From: Eledone cirrhosa
Lineage: Eukaryota
NCBI GenBank assembly: GCA_964016885.1
Contig: OZ024744.1
Location: 9,734,001-9,798,000, forward strand
Reading direction: 5' to 3'
DNA: 64,000 nt
Shown here: positions 41,601 through 54,511 of the stretch, piece by piece
How the letters are laid out: every line of letters begins with the position of its first letter
Numbering within the stretch: position 1 is the first letter of the stretch
Notes under the pieces: model-generated
What the model was told of the DNA's origin: nothing
Seen by the model: only the letters and a program-made list of their open reading frames with translations
Database searches by the model: none
Position numbers and translations under genes: made by a program

Positions 41601-41951
41601 TTCTTTTAATTCTGTGTTCCATGTTTCTTCTGCAGAAGTGAGGAGGGAAGACTTAGAGCCTTGTGCTTCTAGCTTCTCTGTATCACCTTTCTTAGGGGGC
41701 GTGGCTTTCTCGTTAGGATGAGATGTGAAAATTCCGTCCATTTCTATCAGTTTGCCGTAATAAATTTTTAACTGGAAAATTCACCCTAAAAAGGGGCGAA
41801 AATAAATAAACTCAAAGTTTGACGACCCAGGCAAGGGGTTAACGTATATTACAGTAGAAAAAAATTAATCAAAACTTGCTTTTGAGTAAGTAAATCCAAC
41901 TCGGTAGCCGAGCTTGTTCACACACGTCAACACACGTCTCTCGTATACGAC
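35686..41951 (-). mobile_element. Tx1/L1-clade LINE, apparently full length, defective (copy 1)
   Basis: ORF1 with CYYCSSRGHLRAAC knuckle (from 41741). ORF2 from 39766: APE endonuclease (CLNVRGL, YAP, GDWN, SDH), RT (NFRPITLLN, QGCPLS, YADD), C-terminal Cys/His motif. 3' end AAATAAAGAAAT. Confidence 0.95.
38324..38734 (+). mobile_element. 5'-truncated RTE 3'-end insertion nested in Tx1 copy 1
   Basis: Matches 56795-57165, ends in a (TGA)n tail, TGACA duplicated at 38319-38323 and 38735-38739, absent from Tx1 copy 2. Confidence 0.9.
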
Positions 41952-42327
41952 ATGTTATGTGAGATATTATATGAGGTAAAGCCTCTACTGTGAAAATACA
42001 ATAGTATATATAGAGTAATGTAAATGTTATGTGAGGTATTATGTGAGGTAAAGCCTTTACTGTCAAAATACAATAGTATATATAGAGTAATGTAAATGTT
42101 ATGTGAGATATTATGTGAGGTAAAGCCTTTACTGTGAAAATACAATAGTATATATAGAGTAATGTAAATGTTATGTGAGGTATTATGTGAGGTAAAGCCT
42201 TTAATGTGAAAATACAATAGTATATATAGGGTAAAGGCTTTACCTCACATAACATTTACATTACTCTATATATACTATTGTATTTTCACAGTAAAAACTT
42301 TACCTCACATAATATCTCACATAACAT
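41952..42327. repeat. 60/72-bp minisatellite spacer containing the strand-inversion point (about 42230)
   Basis: Forward units run to ..TATATAGG, then reverse-complement units begin GTAAAGGCTTTACCTCAC. Confidence 0.93.
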
Positions 42328-45300
42328 CTCGTATACGAGAGATGTGTGTTGACGTGTGTGAACAAGCTCGGCTACCGAGTTGGATTTACTTACTCAAAAG
42401 TGAGTTTTGATTTATTGTTTTTGTACTGTAATATACGTTAACCCCTTGCCTTGGTCGTCAAACTTTGAGCTTATTTATTTTCGCCCCTTTTTGGGGCGAA
42501 TTTTCCATTCAAAAATTTGTTACGGCAAACTGATAAAAATGGACGGAATTTTCACATCTCATCCTAACGAGAGCAATAGTCACAACACCAACAACAGCAA
42601 TACTCACAACAACAACCAAGAAAAAAATGAAAAAAATAACGATAACACCAAACAAAGCCAAACCCACTACTGGTGCTTCCTTTGCACAGGCGGTCCGAAA
42701 AACACAGACCTGCAAGCAACTGGACATTACAACTCTGAGAGAAAAGATGAAAGAAGCAAAACAGTATGTAACTTTCAAAGAAGGAGGAGACTTCACAATC
42801 ACCTCCCCACAAGAAATCAAAAGAGACACGACACTAAGAACGATATCTTTCAGAACAATTTCCAACATAACAAGGAATCCAGCTCAATTATCCCAAAAAG
42901 AAATTGAGCTGGTCCTAAAAAATGTTTGGAGTGATATATCGTTCATACAAAAAGGGCCACTCTATGGGAATATAACGGTGCTAATGAAGGATCAATTGAC
43001 GGCCAGGAAATACTCTGTGGCGCCAATTGTTTCCAAGCTACACACATTTTCCCCCACATATTTAGGGAAAAGAACGCAGAAAATAAAAGTCTCCGGAATC
43101 TGGCCAAATGCATGAAGTTCCTGGGTACTAACAGGATTTTTAGAAGACGAGGACGGAACCCTCTCAGTAGGAGAAGTCACCACAGACGTTTTCGGCGGTT
43201 TGAGCATGGAGGTTCTGGTCCAAATGAGACCAGAACGAATAGCTAGAATACCACAGAGGGTGTCCCTCGATGGAAAAACATTTTTATACATTTCAGCCGA
43301 GGGCAGGAGGCCCATATGATACTACTGTCAAGCAGAGGTCATCTAAGGGCTGCCTGTCCTCAATTGACAAAAAAAAAGGCTCTTTTGCCTACACCCCACA
43401 CACCACCACCGCCACCGCCACCACCACTACCACCACCACAACAACAAAAAAAACAATAACAACAACAACAACAAAAACAACACGGAAAAATAACACAAGA
43501 CACGGTCCCACCCAAAACAACTCCAAAAACACACACAAACACAACAAAACCCCAAAATACACCACTACCCGACAGCATGGACGAGGACCCAGCTGAAACG
43601 GCACCTAGTGACAAAGAGGGGGAACCCTTCCAACCTGTAAAAAGAAAGAAAAGAAAACACCACTCGAACATAAACGAAACAAACACACAAACAACAACAA
43701 AAACAAAACAAACAGAACAAACAAAATCCACCCCACCCCAAAACATAACACACACAAGAACAACAAACAAACACAAACACAATACAAATAAAACAGTATA
43801 CATACATTAACACAAATAACAAAGAACTAGTAAAAACAATACACATAAACCTTTCGGTGGAAACTGAAGGGCAATTCTTTGCAAGTGCGGCCAACAAACT
43901 GCATTTAAAAATGATAAGACTCCCAATGGACACCTATGCAAAACTAAGAGAGAACTTTCCTGAGGATGTGGGGAAAACATGTACTCGACCCTATAACCGC
44001 GTCCTCTTGAAACGTTTCCCCACCCACACCTCACCAAACACCCCCACTCCACCACAGAACAACACCCCACCAAACAACCCCTCAAATACGCCCATGGATA
44101 TTGTGCAACATGCTCCTCAGGAGCCGAACAGGTAGGTCCTTCCTCTTTTAACCAACATGGCTGATATAAGAGTTGGGTGTCTGAATGTACGCTGCCTGGG
44201 ACTGTCTTGGAAACAAGGCAAACTTTTAAACGATCTCAGGTCACATAGAATGGATGTAATGGCTATTTGCGAGTCCAGGATCAGCAGCGAGCACCAACTG
44301 GCGCCCCTCTTCGACGACTTTGAGATCTTCGCATCTCTCTGTCAACCGGGGTGTGGGGGTGGAGTTGTCGTTCTGCTGCGAAAACACCTGGGCCTCGCCA
44401 TACAGAAGGTGCACCTGGACCCGGAGGGTCGAATGGTGGTTTTAGACGTCGGCAGTAGTGAAAGTGGAGCCCTTAGACTAATAGCTGTGTACGCCCCTTT
44501 TTGGGCAGCGTGGCCGGAATACTTCCAACGTCTGGAATCGTCCCGCTCCTTGCTTTTAGTGGGGGACTGGAATGGTATCCCATAGACAGGGACCCGGTTA
44601 CTGGAAGCTGAACTTGTCCTTACTGACAAGCAAAGCTTACAGTAAACGGATTAGCACATTAGTTAAGCAGAGTTTGACAGGGGCAATTGTCAACAACTGG
44701 TGGTGGAGCTCTTTTAAGAGCGCAATTAGAATAGAATCGATAGGTTTTAGTCAGGAATTAGCAAGGGATAGGAACAAGACGGAAAGGGAATTAGTAGATA
44801 GAGTAGAAGAGGCGATTAGGAGTGGCAATGTAGCCGGCATGCTGGCATCAAGAATGGCCTTAGACCAGTTCTTTGATGTGAAGCACGAGGGCTGCGTTGT
44901 CAGGAGTAAAATACGTGCTCTGGGTAATGAGGGAGCCAAAGCTGTTAGCTGGGCCCGAGTGACAGAGGCAAAAAGTGGGAACAAGTCCACGATTCGGTCT
45001 TTGAAGGACCAGGATGGGCGTGTGATCCTTGAACCTGGGCAGATGTGTGCGGCCTTTCAGCGGCACTTTGCACGACTGTTCGGGAGGGGCGGCGCGCCGG
45101 GTGAGACTATGGATTTCAATCTATACCTCGACAGTCTGCCGCGCCTCTCGGACGGGGAGGCAAAGTCCTGCTAAAGGCCGATTTCTGCTGCTGAGATAGG
45201 GGCGGCGCTGAGCCAATGCGGCAAACGCAAATCCCCGGGTCTCGATGGTCTACCATACGAGCTATATGTAGCGATGCCGGACTTGTTCTCCGATATCCTC

Positions 45301-47534
45301 GAAGCGGTCTACTGCAACTGGCAGCAGAACAGGAGAATTGCCAGTTCTGTGACCAAGGGCGTAGTTACGCTGGTGAGGAAGGATGAGAACAAGGGGGATG
45401 ACATAGGTAACTTCAGGCCCATAACTCTGCTAAATGCAGAGTTAAAGATTTTGGCCAAGGTGTTAGCGAAGAGGTTGGCACTTGTCGTCGGAAACCTGGT
45501 GGGAGAAGTGCAGACAAGCACAATCCCATCCAGGTCCATTCACGACAATCTCCACCTTATGCGATACATCATAGAGAGGGTAGGGAATGAACCCTGCTTT
45601 GGTGGGGCCCTGATCAACTTGGATCAATCTAAAGCTCTCGATAGGGTTGACCATCGATACCTGGATGCGGTGCTCGCGGCGGCAGGCTTCGGACCCGTTT
45701 TCAGGGGTTGGATTGCTGCAATGCACAGCAGCAACGTCTGCTCAAGGGTCAAGGTGAACGGCCACCTCTCGGAGCCGTTCCAAATCATGCGATCCATCCG
45801 ACAGGGATGCCCTCTCTCCTCCCTTCTGTATGTGCTGGCTCTTGAGCCACTACTGCGAAAGTTGGAGCGGTTGCAGGGCATCCCTTTGGAACCGGGATTG
45901 CAGAAAGCGGCGTCGGCCTACGCCGATGACGTGACAGTAATGATGTCGAAAACCACGCAAATCGGTGAGATTGGCACCTTACTGGAGGAATATGAAAGGT
46001 TTACAGGAGCCAAACTGAACCGGGACAAGTCCGTCGGTTTGCAACTCGGAACATGGAGAGGCAAACCGATGCCCTCCAATAACGTCGTCGGACGTTGGAC
46101 GGAGGGCCCGGTGAAGCTGCTTGGGGTCTGGTTCGGACCAGACCTCCAGGTGGAGAAAAACTGGAACGAGGTAACGGCCAGGGTGTTTGCACTCGCCCAG
46201 AAGTGGGCCCAGTGCAAAACTATCCCTGAAAGGTCGAGCGGAGGTGGCGAACGCTTATATAGCATCCGTCATCTACTACCGCTTGACCGTCGTGCCTTGC
46301 CCAATGAAAAGACTCGCCAAAATGGAGTGCGCGCTGTTCCACTTTCTTTGGAACAAGTGGACCCCTTTGGTGAGGAGATCCATCTGCTGTCAACACCCTT
46401 CGAAAGGAGGGCTGGGGATGCCGTGGCTACAGATGCGTAAACACGCATTAAGGCTACGGCACCTCCAGGTATTCCTCACCGGTCAACCGGCGTGGGCCCC
46501 GTTTGTGAGGCGAGCCTTTCCCAGACTCGTCTCGCTCACCGAGCTGCAATCCTGGGTCAAGCAAAGACCGAGAAAAGTGGGCGACTGGCACATTGAATGT
46601 GCCCAGGCGCTCACGGCCTTCTGGAAAGTGGACCCGGCAATCAGTGGAGATTCCACCTCGACATTCTATAGAGGGTTGGTACGCAGCAGGTGCGACGATG
46701 CTCTTGGAGAAGCTCTAGGCATGGAGGAAGATGAACTGGCCAGTCTGTTTGGTAGGACGTTTGGCCCTGGACCGATGGACAACTTCCAAAAGTCCCTGGC
46801 TTGGCAGTGCTACCGAGGGGCTCTACCCGTTCGAGACAAGCTCCACAGGCATGGGAGCCTGGGTAGGGATCCTTTGAATAAGATCAGTCCAAGATGCGTG
46901 CATGACGGCGAAACCGTTGCGCACGCATTCATACACTGCCCAGGCATTGCTGACCTGTGGGGCTATGTGGAATGACTACTGTCGAGGGTGGGACCAATCC
47001 GGTTGACCACCGAGTCCATTGTCAAGATCAAACCGCCTCCCCCTTTCAAAAACGAAGGAGAGGCGGTTTTTCTCTGTGTGATAGCCATGGCTAAAGAAGT
47101 TGTATGGTGGACGAGGCTGAAATGGCTGAGGTCAGACACCTTTCTCTCCGGCCAACAACTGGTCCGCTTTTTCAAATACCATTTTAAAAGAAGGATCAGT
47201 ATGGAGAGAGAGGTGCTCTACCCCAGCAAGTTTTATGAAAGGTGGGTGAAAGTAGGGAGAATGGCCAGAGTGAATGGGTCTTCTCTCTATATCAGCCTGT
47301 AGGTGAAAGAAGATGAAAAAGAGGAGACGAGGGAAGCACCTACTCTTTGTGCTCCTGAGGAGAAGGGTTGCATATTTTTCCGGGGTGTGTGCGACCCATG
47401 TTAATGTCCCCTCCCTATTGAGGACTTCGTTTGTTGTTATTTCATTTTTATAATTTTGTACTCGTTAATTATACGTAAACTTCCCCCCTTGTATCTGTCC
47501 CTACCTTTTGTGCCCTGGTGGCAAATAAAGAAAT
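42328..47534 (+). mobile_element. Tx1/L1-clade LINE, defective (copy 2, inverted relative to copy 1)
   Basis: Same 5' end (TCGTATACGAGAGA..) and 3' end as copy 1. ORF2 44157-47302 with deletions in ORF1 and the endonuclease and frameshifts. Confidence 0.95.
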
Positions 47535-48095
47535 TACTCTATATATACTATTGTATTTTCACAGTAAAGGCTTTACCTCACATAACATTTACATTACTCT
47601 ATATACCATTGTATTTTCATAGTAAAGGCTTTACCTCACATAATATCTCACATAACATTTACATTACTCTATATATGCTATTGTATTTTCACAGTAAAGG
47701 CTTTACCTCACATAATATCTCATATAACATTTACATTACTCTATATATACTATTGTATGTTCACAGTAAAGGCTTTACCTCACATAATATCTCACATAAC
47801 ATTTACATTACTCTATATACTATTGTATTTTCACAGTAAAGGCTTTACCTCACATAATGTCTCTCATAACATTTATATTACACTATATATACTATTGTAT
47901 TTTCACAGGAAAGGCTTTGCCTCACATAATACCTCACATAACATTTACATTACTCTATATATACTATTGTATTTTCACAGTAAAGGCTTTGCCTCACATA
48001 ATATCTCGCATAACATTTACATTACTCTATATATACTATTGTATTTTCACAGTAAAGGCTTTACCTCACATAATATCTCACATAATCTTCTCACA
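47535..48095. repeat. 60/72-bp minisatellite, reverse orientation
   Basis: Reverse complement of the 29575-35685 unit. Confidence 0.95.
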
Positions 48096-48297
48096 TAGTA
48101 TTGAATCTTTGAGATTTTGATGATATTATTTATTTTGAGAATAATACCTTAACATAGGAATGAGTGATTAGTTATGGCCGGTTTGAACAGAAGGAGGTGA
48201 GGGATTTCTGGCTGGGTATAGCTGGGTTAAATGTTAAAGGGTCAGCAAGTTTATTTTTAAAATGAAGTTTACTAATAAGGAAAAAACAGGGGGAAAA

Positions 48298-48670
48298 TAT
48301 CGTTTAACATCCATCTTCCACGCTAGCATGGGTTAGACAGGAGTTGTCCCACTTGAGGCAAGGTTGGTCGGGTGACTGTGTCTCGCTCATATAGGACTAT
48401 CTGACAGGTTTTCTATGGCTAGATGCCCTTCCAACACCAATCAGGTTTACAGTGTAGACTGGGAGGTTTTTACCGTGTTACCTACATGGCCACATTACAG
48501 CGTGGATTGTGTGTTTTTTTGTTGTGACACCTACACGACCTCATTTATTTGGACTGGATGTTGTGGTACCAACATAACTTTACAGAGAAAGAGGTGGTGT
48601 TGATGGGGGTGCAAGGATGGGGTATGGGTAGTGGGTTGGGGTATATATTTGGTTAGGAGGGTCCTACTGA
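48298..48670 (-). mobile_element. RTE 3'-UTR fragment
   Basis: Colinear with 57705-58055. Confidence 0.75.
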
Positions 48671-48789
48671 CAAAAGAAAGAGAAAGAAAGAAGAAAAAGA
48701 AAGGGAATGGGTTGTAGAAGAGGGGAGGGCAAGAGTGATTGGGCTTTGGGCTTAGGGCAAGAGGACAGAAATGCTGCACCCCGCGGACA

Positions 48790-49095
48790 AGATGGTAAAA
48801 GTCTGATGTCTCGACAGAGGCCAAACAAACCCCGGTATTTGTTTATTTTACGTTGTTCAATGAAGCAGGCTATGATGCCGGGGTTTGTGGCTGAAGCAAC
48901 TAAATTGGAGATGGAGAAGGTGTTGTAGCAGCTGGCGTCCCAGATGAAGGATCTACCTCCTTCGAATGGGAAGAAGGTGATTCTGTCGTGGCTCTTGCCA
49001 TCTCCTCAGTCTAGACAACCTGGTTCCAGTTGAGATGGAAAGCCAGACTCCTCTTTACTCACCGATCTTGCAAAAGAGCTTGGCAGTATGGGGTC
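48790..49095 (-). mobile_element. Degenerate CRE-like (restriction-like endonuclease) non-LTR fragment
   Basis: Manual translation GFPSQLEP..GDGKSHDRITFFPFEGGRSFIWDASCYNTFS..EQRKINKY..VET. Confidence 0.65.
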
Positions 49096-49109
49096 CAAAT
49101 ATTTTCTAT

Positions 49110-52072
49110 ACACACAAAATTATTAACCATCTTGCCAACAACAACTATGAGTGCCTTTTGGATTTCCATGTGTCTAACACACGTGGGCATGCCAACAAAG
49201 TCAGAAAACAGCCCAGTTCTCATGACTTTCGGAAACATTTTTTCACATTCAGAGTTGCTGAAGCATGGAACAAACTACCTGCATCAGTTGTTAGCTGTCG
49301 AGACACTGCATCCTTTAAAACCTCCATGGAAAAAACTACCTGCACCAGTTATTAGCTGTCGAGACACTGCATTCTTTAAAACCTCCATGGAACAAACTAC
49401 CTGCATCAGTTGTTAGCTGTCAAGACACTGCATCCTTTAAAACCTCCATGGAACAAACTACCTGCATCAGTTATTAGCTGTCGAGACACTGCATTCTTTA
49501 AAAACTCTATAGAACAAACTACCAGCATCAGTTGTTAGCTGTCGAGACACTGCATCCTTTAAAACCTCCATGGAACAAACTACCTGCATCAGTTGTTAGC
49601 TGTCGAGACACTGCATCCTTTAAAACCTCCATGGAACAAACTACCTGCATCAGTTATTAGCTGTCGAGACACTGCATCCTTTAAAACCTCCATGGAACAA
49701 ACTACCTGCATCTGTTGTTAGCTGTCGAGACACTGCATCCTTTAAAACCTCCATGGAACAAATTACCTGCATCAGTTATTAGCTGTCGAGACACTGCATC
49801 CTTTAAAACCTCCATGGAACAAACTACCTGCATCTGTTGTTAGCTGTCGAGACACTGCATCCTTTAAAACCTCCATGGAACAAATTACCTGCATCAGTTA
49901 TTAGCTGTCGAGACACTGCATTCTTTAAAACCTCTATGGAACAAACTACCAGCATCAGTTGTTAGCTGTCGAGACACTGCATCCTTTAAAACCTCCATGG
50001 AACAAGCTACCTGCATCAGTTATTAGCTGTCGAGACACTGCATCCTTTAAAACCTCCATGGAACAAACTACCTGCATCAGTTGTTAGCTGTCGAGACACT
50101 GCATCCTTTAAAACCTCTATGGAACAAACTACCTGCATCAGCTGTTAGCTGTCGAGACACTGCATCCTTTAAAACCTCCATGGAACAAACTACCTGCATC
50201 AGTTGTTAGCTGTCGAGACACTGCATCCTTTAAAACCTCCATGGAACAAACTACCTAAATCAGTTGTTAGCTGTCGAGACACTGCATCCTTTAAAACCTC
50301 TATGGAACAAACTACCTGCATCAGTTGTTAGCTGTCGAGACACTGCATCTTTTAAAACCTCCATGGAACAAGCTACCTGCATCAGTTATTAGCTGTCGAG
50401 ACACTGCATCCTTTAAAACCTCCATGGAACAAACTACCTGCATCAGTTGTTAGCTGTCGAGACACTGCATCCTTTAAAACCTCTATGGAACAAACTACCT
50501 GCATCAGCTGTTAGCTGTCGAGACACTGCATCCTTTAAAACCTCCATGGAACAAACTACCTGCATCAGTTATTAGCTGTCGAGACACTGCATCCTTTAAA
50601 ACCTCTATGGAACAAACTACCAGCATCAGTTATTAGCTGTCGAGACACTGCATCCTTTAAAACCTCCATGGAACAAACTACCTGCATCAGTTGTTAGCTG
50701 TCGAGACACTGCATCCTTTAAAACCCCCATGGAACAAACTACCTGCACCAGTTGTTAGCTGTCGAGACACTGCATCCTTTAAAACCTCCATGGAACAAAC
50801 TACCTGCACCAGTTGTTAGCTGTCGAGACACTGCATCCTTTAAAACCTCCATGGAACAAACTACCTGCACCAGTTGTTAGCTGTCGAGACTCTGCATCCT
50901 TTAAAACCTCCATGGAACAAACTACCTGCATCAGTTGTTAGCTGTCGAGACACTGCATCCTTTAAAACCTCCATGGAACAAACTACCTGCACCAGTTGTT
51001 AGCTGTCGAGACACTGCATCCTTTAAAACCTCCATGGAACAAACTACCTGCATCAGTTGTTAGCTGTCGAGACACTGCATCCTTTAAAACCTCCATGGAA
51101 CAAACTACCTGCACCAGTTGTTAGCTGTCGAGACACTGCATCCTTTAAAACCTCCATGGAACAAACTACCTGCATCAGTTGTTAGCTGTCGAGACACTGC
51201 ATCCTTTAAAACCTCCATGGAACAAACTACCTGCATCAGTTGTTAGCTGTCGAGATACTGCATCCTTTAAAACCTCCATGGAACAAACTACCTGCATCAG
51301 CTGTTAGCTGTCGAGACACTGCATCCTTTAAAACCTCCATGGAACAAGCTACCTGCATCAGTTGTTAGCTGTCGAGACACTGCATCCTTTAAAACCTCCA
51401 TGGAACAAACTACCTGCATCAGTTGTTAGCTGTCGAGACACTGCATCCTTTAAAACCTCCATGGAACAAACTACCTGCATCAGTTGTTAGCTGTCGAGAC
51501 ACTGCATCCTTTAAAACCTCCATGGAACAAACTACCTGCATCAGTTGTTAGCTGTCGAGACACTGCATCCTTTAAAACCTCCATGGAACAAAACTACCAG
51601 CATCAGTTGTTAGCTGTCGAGACACTGCATCCTTTAAAACCTCCATGGAACAAACTACCTGCATCAGTTGTTAGCTGTCGAGACACTGCATCCTTTAAAA
51701 CCTCCATGGAACAAACTACCTGCATCAGTTATTAGCTGTCGAGACACTGCATCCTTTAAAACCTCCATGGAACAAACTACCTGCATCAGTTGTTAGCTGT
51801 CAAGACACTGCATCCTTTAAAACCTCCATGGAACAAACTACCTGCATCAGTTGTTAGCTGTCAAGACACTGCATCCTTTAAAACCTCCATGCTTCCTGAG
51901 ATTCGCCAACACTACACCTGATATTCCCCCTCCATACACACACATGTATATCATGACTCATACACTATTCACTCCCTTGACATTTGTATATTATTCTATG
52001 TACTATACATGCACCTTTGACGAGTTGTAGTGCACCTGAGCACTGTGCACAATATTTTCATTATTATCATTA
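49110..52072 (+). mobile_element. CR1 LINE 3' end containing an internal tandem expansion
   Basis: HKIINH..TRGH..RVAEAWNK before the array. MLPEIRQHYT*, 3' UTR and ATT-like tail after it. Confidence 0.9.
49264..51891 (+). repeat. 61-bp tandem array, about 43 highly similar copies
   Basis: Unit CATGGAACAAACTACCTGCATCAGTTGTTAGCTGTCGAGACACTGCATCCTTTAAAACCTC. First CATG at 49264, last at 51888. Confidence 0.98.
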
Positions 52073-52575
52073 GGCCGTTGCGAAAGAGGTTATATGGTGG
52101 ACGAGGTTGAAAGGACTGAAGACAGACACTTTTCTCTTCGGCTAATCCCTCATCAACTTCTTCAAGTTTCACCTGGAAAGGAAGGTGAGGGTGGAGAGAG
52201 AAGTGCTGCCCCCTAGTACATTTGCTAAAAGGTGGATGAATGTGGCGAGAATGCCCCGTTTGAATGGGCCTACTCTGACCATGCGCCTATAGGCTAGCTA
52301 ACTTGAGGAGAGGGGTGCTCTCCCTGGGTGGCCGAGAAGCGCAGGGTGGTTCAGGATTGGTGGGGTACCTGAGTCACCCCTGGGTCGTCCACCACCTATA
52401 GGGGAATTTATTTTGTTATATTTATGCATAGTTTATTTTATATTTTTTTATATCTTCATTGTTGAATTAGTCTTGCCATTGTGCACTTTTACTCGACCTT
52501 ATTGTAAACCCCCACTGTCCCTGTCTTTGTATCGTCCCCTACATGTCGGCTCTTGTGGCTAATAAATGAAATCAT
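52073..52575 (+). mobile_element. Tx1-related LINE 3' fragment
   Basis: AVAKEVIWWTRLKGL..EREVL, similar to the Tx1 ORF2 C-terminus. Ends TTGTGGCTAATAAA. Confidence 0.8.
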
Positions 52576-52578
52576 TAT

Positions 52579-52757
52579 TGGATTGGCAGTATCGGTAGAG
52601 GGTCGGACACCATGCTTTCCAGCATAGTTACGTCCCTTTATGATCCGAGTTCAAATCCCGCCGAGGTTGACTTTGCCTTTCATCCTTACGGGGTCGATAA
52701 AATAAAGTACCACTGGGTAATTGCTGGCCTTGTGCCTAAAGTAGAAACAATTATTAT
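52579..52757 (+). mobile_element. tRNA-derived SINE (resembles the octopus OK-type repeat, from memory)
   Basis: A-box-like TGGCAGTATCGG, B-box GAGTTCAAATCC, body GACTTTGCCTTTCATCC..GGGGTCGATAAAAT. Confidence 0.7.
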
Positions 52758-52852
52758 TTTTATATATATATATGAATGTGTGATTTAGTGCGAATGTGTG
52801 TATGAGTGTGTGTATATATCTATATAAATACCATCTACACATAAATAATAAT

Positions 52853-53223
52853 GGAGGCACATGGCTTAGTGGTTAGAGCATTGGGCTTGCATTCGAAAGG
52901 TTGAGAGTTGGGTGATGTGCTGTTTCTTTGAGCAAGACACTTTATTTCACATTGCTCCAGTTTACTCAGCTGTAGAAATGAGATGATAGGGACTGAGGTC
53001 CCTATCATTCCACTTGTAATGTGGACGTGTAGGCGCCACAGGAATAAAAGCACCCAGCACTCACTGTAAATGAGGTTGGTGTTAGGAAGGGCATCCAGCT
53101 GTAGAAAACCTGCCAGACAGTCCTATACGAGCAAGACAACTAATCTTGCCTCCAGTGGAACAATTCCCATCTAAACCCATGTTAGCGTGGAAGATAGACA
53201 TTAAACGATGATGATGATGATGA
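52853..53223 (+). mobile_element. tRNA-headed SINE with CORE-like middle and RTE-type tail
   Basis: TGGCTTAGTGG A-box, TTGAGCAAGACACTT domain, tail GGTGTTAGGAAGGGCATCCAGCTGTAGAAA..(TGA)n shared with RTE 3' UTRs. Confidence 0.82.
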
Positions 53224-53734
53224 TATATAAACATGTATATATATGAACCTTCGAGTTTCATTCACATTACATATACCAGCAGAAAAGCACCCTTCGTGTG
53301 TAGTGTGTATATTGATATTATATGCAAATATATATGCATGTAGATATGATCAAATAGAAACAGTTCCCGTCCCACCCTTGCAAGCAGGGAAAAGGGGACG
53401 TAAAATGATGATGATGATGATTCTATTTTTGTTCACTAGTGTGTTTATATGTGTTTGTTGTTATTGTACTTGTGTATATATTTATTTATTTATTTATTTT
53501 TCCCTTAAGTCAGAATTGTTTGTTTGGGTATGGTTGTTGTTATTCCATTCCTTTTTTCTGTTTAATTTTGGTCTTCTTAATTCTATCTCAGTTGCTTCTC
53601 TGATTTGCCTACCTGTTGAGTCATTTCTATGTTTAGATATTATTTTAATTTCTATGTTGTCTATATTACTGTCATGTCTTTGTCTGCGTGTTCATATAGT
53701 ACTGAACTGTTTATTTGTCCTTATTTCATTTCAT

Positions 53735-54056
53735 TTTACATCTGCTTTTCCCCTGCTTGCAAGGGTGGGACGGGAACTAATTCTGGCTTGATTTCTACAG
53801 TTGGATGCTCTTCCTAACACCAACCTCATTTATAGTGAGTGCTGGGTGCTTTTTGCCGTGGCACCTCCACGACCACTTTATAGTGGGATGATATGGACCC
53901 CAGTCCCTACCATCTCATTTCTACAGCTGAGTAAACTGGAGCAATGTGAAATAAAGTGTCTTGCTCAAGGAAACAACACATCACCCGGTCTGAGAATTGA
54001 ACTCACAACCTTTCGATAGCAAGGCCAATGCTCTAACCACTAAGCCATGTGCCTCC
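53735..54056 (-). mobile_element. Same SINE family copy
   Basis: A-box, B-box GAGTTCAATTC, same body and tail. Confidence 0.82.
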
Positions 54057-54113
54057 ATATATAACAATATTTATTTCAACACACGATTTCATATCAAAAA
54101 CCTTGCAAAACAA

Positions 54114-54145
<32 letters not shown>

Positions 54146-54511
54146 TTATTAAAATAACAGATTAAAGTTTAAGCAAAGAATCGCTGCTTTCATCCTTAAC
54201 GGGATCTTCTGAAACTGATAAAATCAATCTGTGAACGCAGAAGTAAATATTTCAAAATCATTGTAATCAAAGGAAAACAGGAAGACGATACTTTGGTTCG
54301 TGATGACGTTCCCTGGCAATGAACAGAAAAAAAGCGAGGATAATACGTCGTTATGTGAAGCTATGAGAACAAATACACGCAAAGACAAAACCATGTTTAT
54401 GGTATAAATGAAGTCATAGACTAATATACTATTTGGGAAACCGAATGAATCTCGGCTTCAGAGTTAAGAATAATGTAAATAAATTAGTAGAACGAAAATG
54501 ACAGGTTATTA

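Noticed and set aside
48820-48892. AAACCCCGG..CCGGGGTTT inverted repeat
   Set aside because: Short and within a degenerate CRE-like coding relic; probably chance.
49255-49330. Back-splicing origin of the 61-mer (AG precedes the first unit)
   Set aside because: There is no GT donor at the unit end in any register; CATG microhomology explains the junction.
49264-51891. Possible CRISPR-like array
   Set aside because: Units are head-to-tail with no unique spacers, derive from CR1 ORF2, and lie in eukaryotic DNA without cas genes.
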